Origin: a virus
Lineage: Duplodnaviria; Caudoviricetes
Direction: 5' to 3' (one strand)
Length of the DNA stretch: 24,245 bases
IMG/VR virus record: IMGVR_UViG_3300017909_004100
Coordinates: 1 to 24,245 of that record
In this document: one piece after another, positions 1 to 4,349 of the stretch
How positions within the stretch are numbered: position 1 is the stretch's first letter
Layout: each line of letters starts with the position of its first letter
The notes under the pieces: generated by a model
Seen by the model: the letters and a program-made list of their open reading frames with translations, nothing else
What the model was told of the DNA's origin: nothing
Database searches by the model: none
Translations under genes and position numbers: made by a program

Positions 1-20
1 ATTCACACAACACTCACACC

Positions 21-362
21 ATGAGAAAAATTGAAACTCAAATGTGTCAGGCAATTCAGTCAAACAAGAACTGGAAGTCTGGTAACACTGAAGTCGTCAC
101 AAATGACACCACTTCAAATGTTTATCTTCACGGTAATCTGATCGCAACTGTAACAGATACTGATATGACAATCTTCGACGGAGGTTGGCAATCAAACACC
201 ACTAAATCTCGACTGAATGCACTTTGTCAAGAATTTTGTATCAGTGGAGAAGGAGTCTTTCAGAAAGATTTCCTCTGGTATGTGAGAAAGTTCGTCGGTA
301 AGATCAATGGAAAAAATGTCTTCAAAACCGAAGATTTCGTTTCAGGTTATCTCTTCGCTTGA
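21..362 (+). CDS. Hypothetical phage protein, 113 aa (early-region type)
   Basis: Clean ORF with protein-like composition (VYLHGNLIATV, FDGGWQSNTTKSRLNAL); AC-rich leader without Shine-Dalgarno; no function recognisable. Confidence 0.85.
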   Translation: MRKIETQMCQAIQSNKNWKSGNTEVVTNDTTSNVYLHGNLIATVTDTDMTIFDGGWQSNTTKSRLNALCQEFCISGEGVFQKDFLWYVRKFVGKINGKNVFKTEDFVSGYLFA

Positions 363-363
363 T

Positions 364-558
364 ATGATTCGGACCTTATCTAAACCTCGTTCTAAATCCA
401 ATCTTATCATTATTCACATGAAGTTTATTCTCTTGGTTATCATCGGAGCACTCTTGTGGAATAATAATCAAGCAAGACAATTCACCTCTGATACGTTACA
501 ATCAATGAGTGACTTTATTGAACCAAACCAACAACGTCAAATCAAACTTTCCTTCTGA
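364..558 (+). CDS. Small hypothetical membrane-anchored protein (64 aa from ATG364; 46 aa if ATG418 is used)
   Basis: The track start at 307 overlaps the previous gene by 56 nt. ATG364 follows the TGA at 360-362 directly. Basic N-terminus followed by hydrophobic FILLVIIGALLW. Confidence 0.7.
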   Translation: MIRTLSKPRSKSNLIIIHMKFILLVIIGALLWNNNQARQFTSDTLQSMSDFIEPNQQRQIKLSF

Positions 559-561
559 ATC

Positions 562-807
562 ATGACACAAACTACTGACAACATTATCGATCGTGATGTA
601 CTCCAAGAGAAGTACATTCTACGAGTCATTGATAGTATGGACTACAAAGATATTGAAAGATTTGTATATGATACCATCGACAAAAATCTGGATGATTATA
701 CTGTAGATGAACTGATTTACGAGGTGAGTGAGAGTTACCCTGATCTCCTAGGTGATACTGATGAGGATGATTTACCTGAACCAGATGAATCAACGGGATG
801 GAATTGA
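562..807 (+). CDS. Acidic hypothetical protein, 81 aa
   Basis: ORF starts 3 nt after the previous stop; very Asp/Glu-rich; last gene before the long intergenic region. Confidence 0.8.
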   Translation: MTQTTDNIIDRDVLQEKYILRVIDSMDYKDIERFVYDTIDKNLDDYTVDELIYEVSESYPDLLGDTDEDDLPEPDESTGWN

Positions 808-810
808 ACC

Positions 811-880
811 TTAAAAAACACACATAAATAACATGTTTTTTATTAAAAAAATGTATTAAAAAACATATATGTGTGTTTTA
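811..880. repeat. AT-rich block with nested inverted repeats (candidate DNA-unwinding element or cruciform)
   Basis: 60 of 70 nt are A/T. AAAACACACATA (815-826) is complementary to TATGTGTGTTTT (868-879), and ATGTTTTTTA (833-842) to TAAAAAACAT (857-866). Confidence 0.75.
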
Positions 881-883
881 TTG

Positions 884-959
884 TTTTCCACAACCCTGTG
901 GATAAAGTGTTACTAATTGGGGAAAAGTGTAGTGTTATGTGATACTTACCTGTGGAGAA
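884..959. promoter_or_regulatory. Cluster of four DnaA-box-like 9-mers (oriC-like arrangement)
   Basis: TTTTCCACA 884-892 (+), TTATCCACA 897-905 (-), TTTTCCCCA 918-926 (-), TTCTCCACA 951-959 (-); directly adjacent to the AT-rich block. Confidence 0.6.
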
Positions 960-1012
960 AGGTGTTAGAAACCCCCTTGTAAATGTCTGATCTTATTGTT
1001 ATCTAAGCCCGC

Positions 1013-1041
1013 AGTCTATCAGGTCTTCGAGTACATGTCAA
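1013..1041 (-). promoter_or_regulatory. Sigma70-type promoter pointing leftwards into the DnaA-box/AT-rich region
   Basis: Minus strand: TTGACA (1041-1036), 17-nt spacer ending TGA (extended -10), TAGACT (1018-1013). Confidence 0.65.
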
Positions 1042-1076
1042 CCTCCCAATCCCCACACATAAGGAACACTGAACAT

Positions 1077-1106
1077 TTGACACATTCTGAGAGTTTATGA
1101 TACAAT
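1077..1106 (+). promoter_or_regulatory. Sigma70-type early promoter
   Basis: TTGACA 1077-1082, 18-nt spacer with TG at 1098-1099, TACAAT 1101-1106. Confidence 0.7.
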
Positions 1107-1168
1107 CTCCATAAGAGTTATTGTAACTCACCTTGAAAGTGCCTCATAGATGTAAGACACAACACACC

Positions 1169-1294
1169 ATGAACAGTTACACTAACCTTGTGAATATCAT
1201 CGACAATCTGAAAGAAACTGGTGTGACCCCTAAAGTAACTAAACTCCTTACAAAGAAAGCACCTAAGCGTTCCTTACTGTCCCGCAGTAAATAA
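1169..1294 (+). CDS. Small basic hypothetical protein, 41 aa (MNSYTNLVNIIDNLKETGVTPKVTKLLTKKAPKRSLLSRSK); not in ORF track
   Basis: ATG1169-TAA1294; lies between a promoter and a terminator; leader ACACAACACACC-ATG resembles that of the gene at 21. Confidence 0.6.
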   Translation: MNSYTNLVNIIDNLKETGVTPKVTKLLTKKAPKRSLLSRSK

Positions 1295-1303
1295 CACTCT
1301 CTA

Positions 1304-1409
1304 AGGGGTCTGTAAGGGTCTACAACCCCTCTCAAAGTATTCATAGGTATCACACACTAACTCATACCGACCTGAGTATCTTTACGGTCGTTAAACTGCT
1401 CGGTGTGTG
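1304..1409 (+). ncRNA. Candidate structured RNA (3' UTR element or processed small RNA) with a possible pseudoknot
   Basis: Hairpin 1304-1330; CACACAC 1351-1357/GTGTGTG 1403-1409; CGACC 1368-1372/GGTCG 1386-1390 crossing GAGTA 1374-1378/TGCTC 1397-1401. Pairings found by eye only. Confidence 0.35.
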
Positions 1410-1419
1410 TTACAAACTG

Positions 1420-1450
1420 ACGGAGGGGAGTGGTGTCCCTTCCGTTTTTT
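1420..1450 (+). terminator. Rho-independent terminator
   Basis: ACGGAGGGGA / TCCCTTCCGT 10-bp stem (one G-U), 6-nt loop, followed by TTTTT. Confidence 0.85.
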
Positions 1451-1466
1451 ATTGCGGTCTTATGTG

Positions 1467-1495
1467 TTGACAACAGTGAAAATGTGTGGTATGAT
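1467..1495 (+). promoter_or_regulatory. Sigma70-type promoter
   Basis: TTGACA 1467-1472, 17-nt spacer with TG at 1487-1488, TATGAT 1490-1495; immediately after the terminator. Confidence 0.75.
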
Positions 1496-1552
1496 ATATT
1501 GTGAATCGACACGTTATTTTCGTCGGTTTATGATGCCGTCGGGTCCGCGTAG

Positions 1553-1562
1553 CCCCCCCCCC
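1553..1562. repeat. C10 homopolymer in a GC-rich non-coding patch
   Basis: Ten consecutive C residues; no comparable G/C run noticed elsewhere in this AT-rich window. Confidence 0.9.
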
Positions 1563-1703
1563 GTTATAAAAAAGGGTAAGTCCCTAACCTACAAAAGTAT
1601 ATTCCCGCGAGTGTTTCATATCGAAATAAAAAATTTTCCCAGGGTAAAAACTAAAATCTATGCCCGACGATCCATATATAAAACGACCCCCCAAAAGGAG
1701 TTC

Positions 1704-1910
1704 ATGAAAAATTTTTCCCCAGATAATTTTTACCACATATACCTTCGTGATAAGTGTGTTGTTTCGTGTATCAGTGAAGAAGGTTTCAATGAAACATGGA
1801 CAACATTAAAAGCAATGGTAGGATTAATGAAGACTGATTATAGTGAAGATGATCTCTCATATGAAATGGTGAGTAACCCGACCATGAATTTTGAAGAAGC
1901 TTCATACTAA
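1704..1910 (+). CDS. Hypothetical protein, 68 aa (MKNFSPDNFYHIYLRDKC...EEASY)
   Basis: AAGGAG at 1695-1700 precedes ATG1704. The track's upstream extension to 1407 crosses a terminator, a promoter and the C10 tract, so it is rejected. Confidence 0.8.
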   Translation: MKNFSPDNFYHIYLRDKCVVSCISEEGFNETWTTLKAMVGLMKTDYSEDDLSYEMVSNPTMNFEEASY

Positions 1911-1914
1911 GTGA

Positions 1915-1936
1915 GGTAAACCCGATAGGGGTTACC
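1915..1936 (+). other. Intergenic hairpin without U-tract
   Basis: GGTAA-A-CCC GATA GGG-G-TTACC between the stop at 1910 and the -35 at 1941. Confidence 0.5.
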
Positions 1937-1940
1937 GAGA

Positions 1941-1969
1941 TTGACAGACTACATAACACAGACTATAAT
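1941..1969 (+). promoter_or_regulatory. Perfect-consensus sigma70 promoter
   Basis: TTGACA 1941-1946, 17 nt, TATAAT 1964-1969; 21 nt upstream of ATG1991. Confidence 0.9.
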
Positions 1970-1990
1970 TGAATTGAGTTATACAAACTT

Positions 1991-2809
1991 ATGGCTAAAG
2001 GATTTACAGTAAAGGCATCAAAGCCCAAGAGTGGAACAAAGAAGACAAATCAACCTGAATGGGACTATGATGCCATTAAGGCTCGGATGCGTGGTAAGAC
2101 AATTGTGTTTTGTCTACCAGGACGTGGAGTATCATATACATTCTTGAAGAACTTCGTTCAATTGTGCTTTGATATGGTACAGAACGGAATGAGTATTCAG
2201 ATCAGTCAAGACTACTCATCGATGGTTAACTTTGCACGTTGTAAGTGTTTGGGTGCAAATGTCCTTCGTGGTCCTGATCAGATTCCTTGGGATGGTAAGT
2301 TGAACTATGACTATCAGTTATGGATTGACAGTGACATTGTATTTGACACGGCTAAGTTTTGGCAATTGTGTGATGTAGCATTACCTGCTGATGCAATTGA
2401 TGAAGAAGGTAATGAGATTGAAGGAGCGGATCATCCAATCGCTGCTGGTTGGTATTCTACAGAAGATGGAAAAACCACCTCAGTTGCACATTGGTTGGAA
2501 GAAGATGATTTCCGTAACAATGGTGGTGTGATGAATCATGAGATGGTTGATGGTATTCAGAAACGTAAGAAACCTTTCACTGTAGATTACACAGGTTTCG
2601 GATGGGTGATGATTCGTAAGGGTGTGTTTGAGAATAAGGAGATGAAGTATCCATGGTTTGCACCGAAGATGCAGGTGTTTGAATCAGGAGCTGTTCAAGA
2701 TATGTGTGGAGAGGACGTTTCGTTCTGTCTGGATGCTATCGAAGCTGGTTATGAGATTTGGTGTGATCCTCGTATTCGTGTGGGTCATGAAAAAACCCGT
2801 GTTATTTGA
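1991..2809 (+). CDS. Putative glycosyltransferase (GT-A fold, family 2-like), 272 aa
   Basis: N-terminal IVFCLPG strand, ARCK helix, DxD motif in LWIDSDIVF, TGFGWVMI, GEDVSFC and C-terminal RVGHEK are typical GT-A elements. Confidence 0.8.
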   Translation: MAKGFTVKASKPKSGTKKTNQPEWDYDAIKARMRGKTIVFCLPGRGVSYTFLKNFVQLCFDMVQNGMSIQISQDYSSMVNFARCKCLGANVLRGPDQIPWDGKLNYDYQLWIDSDIVFDTAKFWQLCDVALPADAIDEEGNEIEGADHPIAAGWYSTEDGKTTSVAHWLEEDDFRNNGGVMNHEMVDGIQKRKKPFTVDYTGFGWVMIRKGVFENKEMKYPWFAPKMQVFESGAVQDMCGEDVSFCLDAIEAGYEIWCDPRIRVGHEKTRVI

Positions 2810-2823
2810 GGAGATAAGAGATT

Positions 2824-2970
2824 ATGTCAAAGGTCAAAAAGAGTCTTATGGGGAATAGTTTCATTGAAACGACTCCGAAAAAAACCCGACAAGGATCAGG
2901 TCAACATACCAAGTATGCCGCCACCAGTTCCAATCACAAGAAGAAAAAATATCGTGGTCAAGGACGATAA
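2824..2970 (+). CDS. Small highly basic protein, 48 aa (MSKVKKSLMG...HKKKKYRGQGR); not in ORF track
   Basis: ATG2824-TAA2970; GAGGAG upstream; fills the gap between the glycosyltransferase and the terminator; 13 K/R versus 1 acidic residue. Confidence 0.8.
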   Translation: MSKVKKSLMGNSFIETTPKKTRQGSGQHTKYAATSSNHKKKKYRGQGR

Positions 2971-2978
2971 TATAAATC

Positions 2979-2999
2979 AGATCCTTCGGGGTCTTTTTT
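2979..2999 (+). terminator. Rho-independent terminator with C(UUCG)G tetraloop
   Basis: AGATCC TTCG GGGTCT TTTTT; UUCG-capped terminators are characteristic of T4-like phages. Confidence 0.9.
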
Positions 3000-3003
3000 A
3001 ATG

Positions 3004-3011
3004 CATAGATA
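3004..3011 (+). promoter_or_regulatory. Possible late (gp55-type) promoter variant CATAGATA
   Basis: One mismatch to NATAAATA; lies between the terminator and ATG3032; the same octamer recurs before the next gene. Confidence 0.4.
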
Positions 3012-3031
3012 TATTAACTGAGGATTCATGT

Positions 3032-3736
3032 ATGGCATGTCTCATTGCTAATCTACCTTCAACAGAAGTCTGGGTTAGAAAGGAATATTTGACCGACCAT
3101 CAATTTGGTCATGGGGAGTTCGTAAAGGGTGTCTGGGTGTCATGTAAGTCCATTCCAGGACGTGCATTTTACTTTGAGACATATCTCCCTGAATATGCAG
3201 CAATGTATGATAAACTCCCGATCAGTGCCTTTGTATCAGAACCAGAGACACCAACACCTGATATGAACCTACCAAACCTACAGTTCTGGAATTGTATGGA
3301 CTATGGTGTGGTAACTGTTCAGAAACAGTTTATTGGGAGTATGGATTATGAACTCTACACAAGAGATCATGGTATCATGAAGGGAACATATATCTGTACT
3401 TTAGATAATTACCATCAAGATCCCGATGCTATTGATTATGCAACATCAGAGAATCCAGCAGAACATAAGTCACATAATCTGATTGAATTAGAGAATGGAC
3501 AGTTTGCACTGTATCCAAACAATAGAATGCGTATCTATGATAACAGTTTGACACCTGAGGATCCAAAGATGCCAGACTTCAAGGTATCAACTGAATATTA
3601 CTCTGTTGAGAATGGTTTTGAACGTCTTGGTATGGGACGAGAGGACGAATACTTTTGGAAGACCGCTAAAGAACGTCAGGGGGAAGACACAATTGATATG
3701 TACCATTCACAAGATGGACGTTATGCTGATCCATAG
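3032..3736 (+). CDS. Conserved hypothetical phage protein, 234 aa
   Basis: Long ORF, GAGG upstream, globular aromatic-rich sequence; no function recognised. Confidence 0.9.
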   Translation: MACLIANLPSTEVWVRKEYLTDHQFGHGEFVKGVWVSCKSIPGRAFYFETYLPEYAAMYDKLPISAFVSEPETPTPDMNLPNLQFWNCMDYGVVTVQKQFIGSMDYELYTRDHGIMKGTYICTLDNYHQDPDAIDYATSENPAEHKSHNLIELENGQFALYPNNRMRIYDNSLTPEDPKMPDFKVSTEYYSVENGFERLGMGREDEYFWKTAKERQGEDTIDMYHSQDGRYADP

Positions 3737-3739
3737 ATA
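3732..3739 (+). promoter_or_regulatory. Possible late promoter variant CATAGATA
   Basis: Overlaps the previous stop; 20 nt upstream of ATG3760, the same spacing as the copy at 3004-3011. Confidence 0.4.
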
Positions 3740-3759
3740 GTAATTATATTTTAAGTACA

Positions 3760-3918
3760 ATGGAAGACAATCTGCTTAGAGAAATCAATAACGATAAACA
3801 AGTTCCAAAGAACAAGAGAATTGTAAATGAGGATGGTCTGTTTGAGTCTGAAGAAGACTGTAGTTATCCAGATCATGTATGTAAGTGTGGACAACAAACT
3901 CTGTCAGAACACACCTAA
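3760..3918 (+). CDS. Small acidic hypothetical protein, 52 aa (MEDNLLREINND...QTLSEHT); not in ORF track
   Basis: ATG3760-TAA3918 fills the intergenic gap before gp25. Confidence 0.7.
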   Translation: MEDNLLREINNDKQVPKNKRIVNEDGLFESEEDCSYPDHVCKCGQQTLSEHT

Positions 3919-3921
3919 ATA
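3914..3921 (+). promoter_or_regulatory. Probable late promoter CCTAAATA for the baseplate operon
   Basis: TAAATA core of the T4 late consensus TATAAATA, 25 nt upstream of the gp25 start. Confidence 0.55.
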
Positions 3922-3946
3922 AAGCTGATTTAGAGTATCTAAAAAA

Positions 3947-4348
3947 GTGCCAGCAGAGAGGATCAGTAAAGCTTTCAAAGATGTGAGTGCATCATTTCAG
4001 ATTAATCCTCTGAACTATGATTTAATAGCACTTCATAATGAGAATGCGATTGCAAGATCTATTCGTAATCTTGTGTTGACAATTCCTGGTGAGAGACCAT
4101 TTAATCCAGCATTAGGATCTGAAGTTTATAGATTACTATTTGAAAATTTCGATTTACAAACTGCTTTTGCAATTCAAACTCAAATTAAAAATACAATTGA
4201 TAACTTTGAACCAAGAGTTAAACTTGATTCTGTTAATGTAGTACCAGATTTTGACGCTCATGAGTTCAACGTAACAATTACATATAATATTGTTGGCATT
4301 GAATCAGATACACAACAACTCCAGTTCGCATTAGAACCCACTAGGTAA
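3947..4348 (+). CDS. gp25: Baseplate wedge subunit gp25 (GPW/gp25 family)
   Basis: Motifs AIARSIRNLVLT-PGERPFNP-LGS, LLFE, FEPRV; GTG start; first gene of the gp25-gp6-gp7-gp8 order. Confidence 0.93.
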   Translation: MPAERISKAFKDVSASFQINPLNYDLIALHNENAIARSIRNLVLTIPGERPFNPALGSEVYRLLFENFDLQTAFAIQTQIKNTIDNFEPRVKLDSVNVVPDFDAHEFNVTITYNIVGIESDTQQLQFALEPTR

Positions 4349-4349
4349 G

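Noticed and set aside
307-363. Track start at 307 for the second ORF
   Set aside because: Overlaps the preceding gene out of frame; ATG364 or ATG418 is more plausible.
626-823. Minus-strand 65-aa ORF downstream of the leftward promoter
   Set aside because: GTG start without RBS, antisense to a convincing gene, and unprotein-like composition.
808-1700. tRNA gene in the intergenic region
   Set aside because: No cloverleaf with a T-loop GTTCRA and acceptor stem could be built.
1407-1703. N-terminal extension of the 167-aa track ORF 1407..1910
   Set aside because: Runs through a terminator, a promoter and the C10 tract; a clear RBS supports ATG1704.
1713-1737. Two one-mismatch DnaA-like boxes (TTTTCCCCA, TTTACCACA)
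   Set aside because: Inside a coding region and degenerate; not enough to call independently.
2658-2858. 66-aa + strand ORF
   Set aside because: Alternative frame overlapping the glycosyltransferase and the basic microprotein.
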